DNA of 64,000 bases from Tubulanus polymorphus (Eukaryota > Animalia > Nemertea). Shown one piece after another: positions 21,742 to 33,304 of the stretch. The notes beneath the pieces were generated by a model, which was given only the letters and a program-made list of their open reading frames with translations, searched no databases and had not been told where the DNA came from. Every line of letters begins with the position of its first letter. The stretch's first letter is position 1. A program made the translations under genes and the position numbers. The stretch spans positions 5,364,485 to 5,428,484 of the forward strand of contig NC_134027.1 in assembly GCF_964204645.1 (NCBI RefSeq). The letters are read 5' to 3'.

Positions 21742-24700
21742 TCAAAGTTTATCCAGACATGCTAATAATGCATCACGTATTTTGATACGAGCGCTGTCTT
21801 CCCCATCACAGATTATATGCGTTGACCCATCTTCTATTCTTATCAAGCAATCTTCACTTGGCTGAAAAAAGTACGAAATGAAACAATAGGTTTAAAAGAG
21901 AAAAATATAGAACCTCTGTAATGCAGGTTTGAGAAGCAAGGTCTTACCAAATGCACGATATATCCATTTGGTTGACTATCTTCAACCTTGACATCAACAA
22001 TACCTTGCTGAAAACATAATTAAATGGTATATTTAATGAGAAGAGCTTAGCTTAGGAAATACCAGCGCATAAATGAATTGAAAATAAATTACCCTTCTCA
22101 GTGATTCTTTGAATTGATCGATATCAACATTTCCCCAGATATATGCCCTGGGGCGATCGCCACCCTTGAAGCTACCACCTTTCATCAAATTGGGTTTTGG
22201 TAATGGCTGAAATTAAATGGATTTTCATTAATGAGGGGACAACGTCAAGTGTACAAAGATGACTACAAGTTTTTATATGAAATGAAACTCACTTCCAACA
22301 GGTATTTGCCGTCTTTAACTTGCAAGTGACCCATAACATTTGCAACTGCCACCCCAGGCTTAACTTCTACTGGATTCAGATCAGCAGCGAGCTAGAATTT
22401 CGATATGACCTTTGTTAAGAAAATATACTAATTTCTTTTAATTTCTAATATGAAAAAATAGAGCCATTTTTACCTTCGGACTAATTTCAAGGCGTTCATA
22501 ACCTCTTCTGACTGGTAATGAAAGAAATGAATTCCTAATGAATGTTAAGGGTGGAGGATCCTAAAACGAAGAATGAGATCTAGGGTTTCAAGACGGCAAT
22601 TGATTAAAATCTCAATTATAGAATACAATGTACATACGAATTCAATAATGAGTTCAGAACGTTGAGGAAACATGGCTGGTGGCTTGGTATAACGCTCATT
22701 TGTGACTACAGACAATGGCTTCAACTCCTTGATCAACTTGTTAGCTTGTGAGTAGCTCAATGATGTATCGATTGGACAGTACGTAACCTATAAATACATT
22801 CAATTCTCATAATCTGCAGATAAGAAAACTAATGCATTTACTCTTATCCTTGAATACTTGCAGTACCTTCATGGCAAGCGGCTGATATGGAAGTAATGCT
22901 TCCAAATAAGGAAATTCTGGCTCTAAAAAATAAAATTAGAAAACGAAAATCATTTTCTTGAAAATAAGAATGACAGGACTTTCAACTTTGTTGAACTTTC
23001 AATTTTGTTGATCGTACCAGTGAAAACAATCATGTTGTTTGCTGTTTTCCCCCATAATTCCAAAAAATGCACTACTTCCCCAAAACGTAATGACGGATGT
23101 CCAGTAAAAACTACACAAGGCTGACGAAATTCTTTGCTTATGCCATCTGTAAGAGATTTATATATTTGCTATCACTAATTCCAATAATTTTGTGAGGTTA
23201 AGACTTCAGAATGAATTATCACAGAGACATACCATTGAGACTGGCGAAATGCCTCAATCTCCCAGACTTCACCAGCTACAAGAAATGCATCATTTGATTT
23301 ACTAAATAAATGTAAGACAGAAACAAATACACAGGAATTATCAACGAATACATACCTCTGCATGGGGGAATGGTGGCTCTGGTAGATAAACTTTATTCTG
23401 TTTTGAACTCGATAACCTGAAAGTGAGATATAATGAAAAAGCAAAAAGTAAAATGAGCCTTGGTCACTAAGATTCATCGCTGTCCTAAGCTTTCGTCACG
23501 TACCATTCTGCAAATATATTTGAATACGCCAGACTACTGTCAGCTTGTGAAGATATGAAGTACATCGGAATGTTTGACAAACCACAAGTATCCATGTGAA
23601 CGGATAAACATTCAAACAAATCAAATGTGACACCAGTCGGAAAGCATGGCACCAATACATTTCCACCAGTCCTTAATGTCAAAGCTTAAAATATCAAAAT
23701 TAATGTGAAAATGAATAGATAAATGGTTAGTATGTGTACTATTTTGAATACTATTTAAGGTGAAACATACTTATATTTACACAGAAATCTCGAATCATGG
23801 CATCAGGATTTTGAACTGGTGCCTGCGTCAAGCCAGATAAAATCAATATATCAGCATTCTTTAATGGCGGCTGTTCTAATGGCTAAAATGAATGAAAAAG
23901 CTACTGGGTATAGAAACGTTAGGATATCAAAATTACTAGCACGGTAAATTTTCTATTCTAAACCAACCTTTGGATGTGTGGTTAAAGTGGATGATCCTGA
24001 TAGATAAACAATCTGTAATAACATAAGTCTCATTGTGATTTTGTTTGAAGTCAATACAGGAACAATAAAGAATATCTAACAAAAGCTATACATGTATACC
24101 TTTTCGAATTCAGATTTGATGACCCAATTACAGCTACCTAGACAGTAACCAGAACTAACAGCTGTAACCTGCACTGCACCAAATACCGCCTGAAAAAAAA
24201 GATTGAGAAGATTATCTACAAAACTGTTACATATCTGTGGGAATCAAATTGTTTTGTTACCTACCAGTTTTTCATTGTAACCGATCATTTTCACTTTTGA
24301 CAAACATGCGTCAATATCGTGTTGATTATAGCACTGTTTCCATGATGAAATTTTAATCACGTCTCTCAGAGGTGGTGGAAGACATCTAAATCAGTAATAA
24401 CGTATTGGAAGAAAAGAACAATGAACGTTCAAATGCTGGAATATTTAAGGGTTCGTAGTTCTACCTGATAACTGAGTCATGTTTGAGGAGGGCGGCTGAT
24501 GGTTTTCCTGGACAGTCTTCTACAAAATGGACTAGTTCCTCCATCAACTGTCTGGAACAATCAAATCGGATGAATAACATTATTTCAATCCTCCCTTATA
24601 CAAAACTGATAGAAAGTTTTTTTTACAATGATACAATGTTACCTGCCAGCGGCATCAATTATTTACCTTCCTACTTGTAAGGTTGGCTCGGTAGCATAAA

Positions 24701-25658
24701 CTTGTCCATTGAATCCTGTATATTGGGTAATATATGGTAACGCTAGCATACATTGTGAGTTTGATATGAGAATGACATCCACCAGTGACAAATCAAATAA
24801 ACCAGTCTACAAATATCATAGATTACCGGTATACAGTTATAATAATATCTACCGGGTATGAATTTCAGTAAATACAAAATATATCCCGCCAAAAATACAT
24901 AAAGTACTAGTAATTATGTAATTCTGATAGGCCTACCAGTCATCATGATTGTTACCTCAGGGAAATGAAATTCTGGAATTGCATCCAAAAATACGCGTCC
25001 ATTCAGGTCTTTCAATGTCTAGAAAATCATATAAAAAAAATTGATAGTGTATAATAGATGCAATATATCTATCTTAGGAATGAAGAGTGCACAATAATAC
25101 ATGCATGTTTTACTAAGCGTACATTTCCAACTTTATCTGCAAGGGATCCTGGTGCTCTCCATGGCGGTACATTATCAAACTTTGCACTGAAGTTGAATGA
25201 AATCATTCGATATAAATAATATGAATATTCTCTTAATGCATGTTCGTTAGTGAATACAAAATGAAGAATACAATAATTTTCTAATTGGTCTGAATCCTCT
25301 AACTCAAGTTACCCCCATCCCAACTCTAGGTTGCTGTGGGATGATTAAACGCCCCTGACTCTGAGTTTCTAAAAATGATGCCATAACAAATACATTTCTG
25401 TGTTTCCAGGATTACCTTTTTGTTACAGGTTGTGGGATGAAATGCTGTAATGTTGACAAATCTAGAGAGCAATCTAACAAAATAGTTGTCCCTTTGAATG
25501 TCAGTATAAAACATGGTTTATTCGCATTTCCACTCAAACAATACTGAAAAGTGAAATAAATTCAAATGGACATAACTCAGCAATCACTTCCGAGAATCTT
25601 TAACCAAGGAATCTAGCTGAAAATGGTGAATTTGTTTCTGATATCTTACCAATTTCAT
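21742..25658 (-). CDS. INTS9: Integrator complex subunit 9 (inactive MBL/beta-CASP fold), multi-exon
   Basis: MKL|[28 protein letters not shown]; DVILISNS; [11 protein letters not shown]; [21 protein letters not shown]; [14 protein letters not shown]; GHPSLRFG; YCPIDTSL; ends STHIICDG...[12 protein letters not shown]. Confidence 0.95.
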
Positions 25659-26844
25659 ATTTCAGTACTACAGTATATAGCACAGAACAAAGTTGTTGAC
25701 ATCGATGTAACAAAATATACGCCCGTCTGATAGCGGCATCTGCAGGGCAACATCGCAATTATTAGCTCTACACGACAAAATTCGAATCATCAGCAGTCAA
25801 ACTTCGTCCTCTTTGAATTCGTTGTCCAAACCAGAAAATCAAACAACTAATCAAATTACTACAAATAAATTTATTTTAGATACATGAACAACATTTCTTT
25901 AAAACGAATCGCCTCAATGTAATAAGCAATTATTATAACGGATAAATAAAAGTACGATTCAGAATAAATTTGCTATTCTTTGTGGGACTGTACTGTAGGA
26001 AAAGAAATTTCCACGAAACCATAGAATATCATCGCATATAACTTAATTGAATTATATTTTGACGATCCATTCATAGCTTGAGCTATTAGATATCAATGGG
26101 TAGCCTTAGTCTGCTTTTTATTCAAGGCTGTATGTCGGAGTGAGTTTTGGGGTTTAACCACTAATGAATTTCCCACAATGGCAGAAGGCCGAAATATCTA
26201 AGGCTGCTTCTTGTAGTAGTGAGTCTAACTTATAGAGATTATATATATGTTACATCTTATTGGTCTAATGAATGAGAATTATTTGAATATTGTCTTGGTA
26301 ATATAGTGGTACCGATACTATATAATACATGTACATGTACTGCACTCTATCATTAAACAGTCTTGTCTATTATAATGCACAGAGGGACAATGGATGGTAT
26401 CAGGTCTTTTTTACTGTAATAGATATAATTACACTTAGTACGTTAAAAATGCAGCACCTTATTTACAATTAACTTTTTGAGAGGCAGCTGCAGTTGGTTT
26501 TACATTTCAATACCAGGTAGAACATGCGCAGATGTGAATAAACAAATAAAATATCATTAACAGCAATTTTATATTCAATGATGTAAAAGGAGATTTACAT
26601 GATGACAGTTGACCCGTCACAACCCTATTCTCAGAATTGGTTAAAAGCTGGTGTTACCATCATAATCATCAAACTACAGATCAACTGTGTTACTGGTACA
26701 TTAGCAGCATATTATACTTTAAAAGTTTTAAGCACAAAGAAATCATTCAATTTTCAAACTGCCAGTGAATAGGACGGAAATTGTGCATCACCAGCACTTA
26801 AAATCGTTTGAAAATCATAATTTTCGAGCGAATATGACGAGTCA

Positions 26845-27207
26845 TTAGCTTTCCGACTCCGAAGACTCTGATTTAACCCCGACGACGGTGTATTCCCCGT
26901 GGTCGTTTTGCACGCCTATTTTATTGACGGGAACGTCACTAGCGCCGGCGTGAGCGCGAAATAAATCCCGTAAAATCTGTAACTCTTTCGACAGTATTTG
27001 CACTTTTTGTTCGAGTTTCGCGTTTTCCTCTTTAAGTTTAGTCACTTTTTCCATTGTTTCCTTGTATTTCGTGCGTGTCTTATCGCGACTACGTTTCACT
27101 GCCTCGTTATTTCGCTCGCGTCGTTTTCGATATTCGTCGGAATCTTTTTCCGGCTGTCGCCGCCGTTTCGTCGACGGTCCGTCGTCGCAGTTCCTCTTCG
27201 GAGGCAT
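26845..27207 (-). CDS. CEBPG: CCAAT/enhancer-binding protein gamma (short bZIP, no activation domain)
   Basis: 120 aa containing SDEYRKRRERNNEAVKRSR and the zipper end LEQKVQILSKELQILRDLF.AHA, typical of C/EBP-gamma. Confidence 0.9.
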   Translation of the reverse strand: MPPKRNCDDGPSTKRRRQPEKDSDEYRKRRERNNEAVKRSRDKTRTKYKETMEKVTKLKEENAKLEQKVQILSKELQILRDLFRAHAGASDVPVNKIGVQNDHGEYTVVGVKSESSESES

Positions 27208-27552
27208 TTTCGCATATCAATCACTTGGCACCAACTGTAATAATGACAAGAAGAAAATTATAGATCATGAAATCGCAATAAAATTAACAGGGGCTCACTC
27301 ATTACATCAAGGGGTCCAAATTAAGGCTCCGATAAAAATCATATACAACACCAACAAACGTTTTTTTTTTTTAGGTAAAAAGATCACAAGACAGAAACTG
27401 TGTCTGATTTCTTGTGATACATGGTTGACTAACATTCAATTCAAAACCATACCAGAGTACCGAAGTCCAAGATTCACCAGATCGTGATGGAAAATAAAGT
27501 TATTCGTTAGACAACTGATGTGAAATGGTATTTGACTAAGGCGACAGGAGGT

Positions 27553-27581
27553 ATTGCGTCATCACACAGACATTGCGCAAA
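27553..27581. promoter_or_regulatory. Paired C/EBP:ATF-like site (ATTGCGTCAT) and C/EBP site (ATTGCGCAAA), in the probable 5'-UTR intron of CEBPG
   Basis: Two motif matches 9 bp apart. A candidate intron runs ~27235-27686 on the minus strand. Confidence 0.5.
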
Positions 27582-28545
27582 CCATCAACAACCTTTATTT
27601 CACTGATTTCACTTTAATTTCGAATGAACCTATAATTCAAATGACTTCAATATAAACTCCGTGTTAACTAGCGTGATTAAGCACCTCTTCTCAATTGGAT
27701 ATTCACCCGAAGCGCTGAAAATAAGCTTTAAATCCAGTTAAAATGTCTCAAAATTAACAAAAATGCAAATGCGGAAGTTATCCTTAATTTGCGCATGCGT
27801 ACATATAGTGACGCCTATTAGTTTCGAATCCCGCGAATTCATTCTAAATAAAAAATCGGTAATTTAGTAATTACATTAACTGACTGAGTTATATAATAAG
27901 AAATTATGGGCATGAAAATTCTATGTTTATGTCTTCGATGGAGTAAAACAAAAAATTCCCGAAGAGAATTCGAGGACGCGCACATTATTTTTCCCGCCAT
28001 TTAGTACGAGCCTAAACACGCTCAAAGGAAACCCTTAGTGCCACGTCACTTTCTATAAATAACATCCAATTGAAAACTGCGCATTGAATCATAACCTACA
28101 TATGGAAGCCACACCACACTGGATAAAATAGTGCCGCAAAAATCAACCACATTTGGAGTTAATACGAACATGCCATCTCCATCAATGTTTTAAATTCTTA
28201 TCTAACATTATAATCTAGAGGTTATCGCTTCATTCTGGGGAGCAAATGAGTTGTTTATTTTGGCGGGAAAGCACATGGTAACGTTGACGCGTATTGATAC
28301 ACAACAAGTCTGACAATGCGACGGATTCCACTCTGTCAGCAGAAATCGTCGCTGAATCGTCAATTGAAGCCAGAGCGTCCCGGGAGAAAGTTGATACTGC
28401 GGTTCGCTGCGACATTGTCATCTCGAATGATATTTTTCACGTTATTCTTGCGCTCGTTAGCGGCAAAGTTTCATTCAGTCGATCTCGTATAATCGGTTCT
28501 ACGCATTAGTTTTTCGCAGTTATTTCTAATTAACAAATTAAAAAA

Positions 28546-29199
28546 ATGGATTTGTACAACCAGCAAACAGACAGCAACATGTATGACGACTATGATATGA
28601 AAGTCGTCGCTCGACCGGACGATGACAATACAAACTTGGACGGGCAAGAGATGTCTATAGATATTTGTGATATACTCGATTACGTCAATCAGCACCAATT
28701 GGATCTATCGGGAAATTTCACGGCCGATGATGCAGTTCCAGGTCCGTCGCCAAACGCAATAAAAATCGAACCGCCCGCCGAACCCAAAATTTTGCAGCTC
28801 CAGCAACTTTGGAATCAGAATGATTATACCGATGATTATCTGGCCGTTCCGCAAACGGCAGCAACTGCCGTACCGACGACAGTTGGAGAAGCATCAACAG
28901 GTGTCGAGCGCCCGCAGAGATCGTCGGCAGCTCGCAAAAAGGTGATGGCCGTCGATAAGGAAAGCCCCGAATATAAGGAAAAGAGAAGGCGAAATAACGT
29001 TGCCGTCCGAAAGAGTCGCGACAAAGCAAAATATCGCCAAAATGAAACCGAGAGAAAGCTGAAATCTCTCCAGGACGAAAACGTCCTATTGAAAAAAAAG
29101 TTGGAGGGAAAGGATAATGAATTAGCAGCAATGCGTGGTCTGATCAACAGTTTGGGGTTGAATCTAACGGACAATTCGTCTCAAGTGTTTCCTAGTTAA
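28546..29199 (+). CDS. Intronless activating C/EBP (alpha/beta/delta/epsilon co-orthologue)
   Basis: bZIP ESPEYKEKRRRNNVAVRKSRDKAK. N-terminal EMSIDICDILD resembles the C/EBP-alpha ETSIDISAYID Tribbles degron/activation element. IKIEP is a SUMO consensus site. Confidence 0.92.
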   Translation: MDLYNQQTDSNMYDDYDMKVVARPDDDNTNLDGQEMSIDICDILDYVNQHQLDLSGNFTADDAVPGPSPNAIKIEPPAEPKILQLQQLWNQNDYTDDYLAVPQTAATAVPTTVGEASTGVERPQRSSAARKKVMAVDKESPEYKEKRRRNNVAVRKSRDKAKYRQNETERKLKSLQDENVLLKKKLEGKDNELAAMRGLINSLGLNLTDNSSQVFPS

Positions 29200-31330
29200 C
29201 TTTTTGAGAGGATATCGAACTTGAAGCGTGATGTGTTTTATAAACTGTTATTGTACATAGTGTACATAGGAAAGATGATATATATATATATATATAGTAT
29301 ACATACTGAACGCGCGCCGTGTAACCGGAACGATCTACCTCCGTCGAATTCAACTATACAAAACTCTGAATAATCAAATATTTGCAGGGAAATCGTGATT
29401 GCATTAGCGCTGTCATCGTTCGTTTCAATTCGTTATTATTTTGTGTTCCATTATATTTGATCATGTGTAGTTTATTTAAATCATTTATCGACTCGTGTGT
29501 ATATAGTTGCGTAAACTATCAAACTTTCCGGAAATCTCAGAACTCTGGATTGAACCTGGGGCGATCTCCACCGACATTGTGTTCAAAATCATATACATTT
29601 ATCAAGCCGAACTCGCTGAACGGGACTGCCCGTACTTGTGGACATTTTTAGCTAAGTATATTCAGTTTAAAGTAATAACATCGCAATGGTTTTAACGATA
29701 ATAATAGCTTAAATAAACATTTCAATTGAAAGATACTGTTAGATATTCCTTTTAACTGTAAATTTCATGTTATGACTTGTCGCCAGAGATGAATGCATTG
29801 GACGGATTTGGTCAATGACTCATCTCGATTCACTCGCGCCTCCAGCGTGGCATCTTCTCTTTTATTTACAACGGAAACTACTAGTAGTTTTTATTATATT
29901 CATTCAATAACAATACGAGCATTATGATATAGACCATTGAATTAGCAGCGGACACATAGCACAATAACTATGGCAGTGCCCATAAAACACATGAGTCTTC
30001 AAAAGGATTTTAGGGCATTTGAATTAAAAAGTATAGCTACTGGATAAATAAATATGTTGATTAAACCTGATTTTGTCAAATGCAGAAAGCTGGGTTTCTG
30101 TTAAATGTTCGTTGGTCATATAAGGAGGATGTAAATAGTCTAATTATGAAGAGAGAGAGAGAGCGAGAGCTGTGAAACTGTCAGTTCAAATAGTTTAGAT
30201 AATGTACATGTTTATATGCATAGTCCCAGTGCTTCCATTTATATACTGGCGTAGCATAATTCTCTCTGAACCTTGATGTGGAGAAACTTTTCTACTGTTT
30301 TTCTACTGCTATTAAACAGCATTTTGTATTTTTAATAACGATATACATGTACCATCAGAATTATAAATGAATTTTCACTGATTTGTATAATGTACCTATT
30401 ATCTAAGATCAATCAAGATACTATTATGTCCTTGATCAACAACCACTGGATGTAGAAATTTGTGCTGAATTTGACACGTATAGTTTGCCAGTTTTTGGCA
30501 CATGGCGGGAGCTGATTAAACTGCCATTCAGAAACCATCGATTTAATTTGATGATGTAGGGATTATAAAATTTCTTCAGCGCATTTTGTATCTGGTTAGA
30601 TGTTATCGGATCAGATATCTAACTTAAAAATATATATATTGATTAAATCTCGATTCTTTTTACTTATGTTGCATTTTTGTGTTGCAGTTAGAAATTTCAA
30701 TGATGCTGCCAAAAACCATTTTTAATCTGACAACCAGAATGTTTCATGTCTCTAAAATTGAAATTTAGGTTTTCATTAGTTAAATATAATTTCTGGTCAA
30801 AACAAATATTAATGTCATTATGAATGTTAACAATTAGTATAATCGTCTCCTCTGCGAGGAAAGTTTCAACCTCATTTTCTGCAAGCGGAAACAATTTTGA
30901 GAGCATAATCCCTTATCATTCTCCATCCAAATTCATTAGGTACGTATGAAATTAAAGCTGTGGCAGGTGAGGTTGAAATTTGCGAAGATTACCTGAGAAA
31001 AATAGCGAGCAAAAAACTGTAGCTATAGATACTTTGTGAAATAGTCTATAGAAGTAGAGTATTCTTACTTAGTATGTTATCTGATGGTTTGTTCCAACTG
31101 CGATTGGAGGCTTAATATGTATAAATGGAGTTTATTATTTTGATGCACTAAGTTTTATCACACGAAGTTGCTCGTGGTAACGTTTTGTAAATAAATGATG
31201 TATTTTGAATTGTTGTTGTGTATCGCTATTTTACTGGATACCGTTCACCTTCATCGTCAGCGATTCTCTCTAAGGGGAGCTACCACGTCCCAGAGGCTGA
31301 CCCGTAACGGCGAGCATTCTGCATCATCTC

Positions 31331-31545
31331 CAGGGTGGATCTAGGAAATTGAATGCCCGGGGCCAACAAAAAAGAAAGTGGGGTCCTTTCATGGTATCAG
31401 TAGACATTCGAAAAAAGGTACAGCTACTGAAAGAAGGAGTAAGATTTGTAGGCTTTAAAGATATTTGCCTTGATAAATAGGACAACCTTTATGGGACAGA
31501 ATGCAGGAGGACCAGCCAAAATACCCACTAATATCTCCACCCCTG
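31331..31545. mobile_element. Degraded MITE
   Basis: Imperfect termini cagggtggatctag / ctaatatctccacccctg. Confidence 0.4.
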
Positions 31546-33026
31546 TATTCATATTCTAAACTTCAAAACTCGGTGCAAAATTAATACATTCCAGATATTT
31601 CTATACAAAATACATACTATGTTGAATATCGCCTGCGTTGGCAAATCGAAAGAAAGTGAAAGTGCATGATGGGGAAATTTTTTTAGATATTTATAGAAGA
31701 CGAACTGAGGGACATGTGATAATGAATCGATATCTCTACACAGTTTTGTACATCGAGTATAGTCCGGTGTGAATATCTATAAAAAGCCTCAATTAAGAAA
31801 GGCAAATACTTCACTGGAAAACCCGGGACATCCCCAAAATGATATTCAAAGATTTATGTGATTTTGATTTTGAAAGTTTGAGTATGCTGAGTCAATGAGG
31901 GAGTGAACCTGTCTGGACATTGATCATTCATTCATCAGGTGCTTATAAGCATCCAGACATGACTTCATTGGGTGTGTACTACCATCACTCATTCAAGAAT
32001 TAATGACTGAAGGAGATAAATATGGCTACTGATGCTGCATTATATTAGGGGTGCGACCAATCAAAGATGATTCATTCAAATGACAGATTTGGTGTGTGTT
32101 ACCAGACAAACATAAACTATAGTGTACCTGACCTAATGAATGGGCGGGAACTCAAATCATAATAGTCATAACAACGAAATAAGATTATTTAATCGATAAA
32201 GATTGGTATGAACGGGGAGGTGGTATGAATGAGTCTCCGGTCGTATGAATGAGATTTGAGAGGAAGCAGTAAAATGGGTGTTCCCCGTTCATTATGAGTG
32301 AATCACGCGGATGAACGGTGGTGGTACTGCCTGGTGACAACAGCTGTATTTTAAGCGTTCAAGTTAATAACTAGTACATTCAAATACTAACGCGAAAAAA
32401 TTTCTGTTTTCAACAGCTTTCATAGAATTTTTTAAAAACTTTAATAAAACTGAATGAACCGATGCGGTAGTAATTCATAAATGCGATCGAACGCGATCTA
32501 AAGAATTTAGATTTTACGATACCCTCTGATGCTGCCTTGTCAGAAACATCTTGAATTTATGAAGAGTCATCGAGTGCGTGTAAAACAATAAAAACACGCA
32601 GTTGACAATTCTCACGAATAATCAAGTGATATAGAATCTATCAATTCGATTAATCTAAACAACATCTGCAACTTCCACTATTTCGAACCCATCGTAAAAC
32701 ATACTTATTTCAATTGACTCGTACAAAACATGTGCTATCTTCTATTACCTCATTGTTTGAATCGAGCGCATCTTGCATTTTCATAAATCAAAGATTTTAT
32801 CACGTTTTATGTTGTCTCAGCTTACGAGGTTGATGCAGTGCATTTTGTTGGACATCAAAATGGACTCATCAAATGAACAATGATTAATGAAGTCACATTG
32901 TTCTAATAGTGTAAAAATCATGTTCAAGAGACAGGGCAGTTTGTTATATAGCAATGGCCATAAATCTTCCACTGACACACAAAGAACTGGAATTGTGGAA
33001 AAACTGCAGACGAAAGGTCGTCATTG

Positions 33027-33169
<143 letters not shown>

Positions 33170-33304
33170 TGTCAATAGCAACAGGTGTTACTACAGACAG
33201 TACTGTTACGAACCAACAAAGGGTATCTCACCGGAATTCAAGTGATATTTCACAAAACATTCACTGGTTTCAGTGACGATCATTGTAGACATATGCCACC
33301 TTAG

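Noticed and set aside
26998-29174. Antisense ORFs overlapping CEBPG and C/EBP (up to 141 aa)
   Set aside because: These are expected shadows of relatively GC-rich coding exons and have no recognisable motifs.
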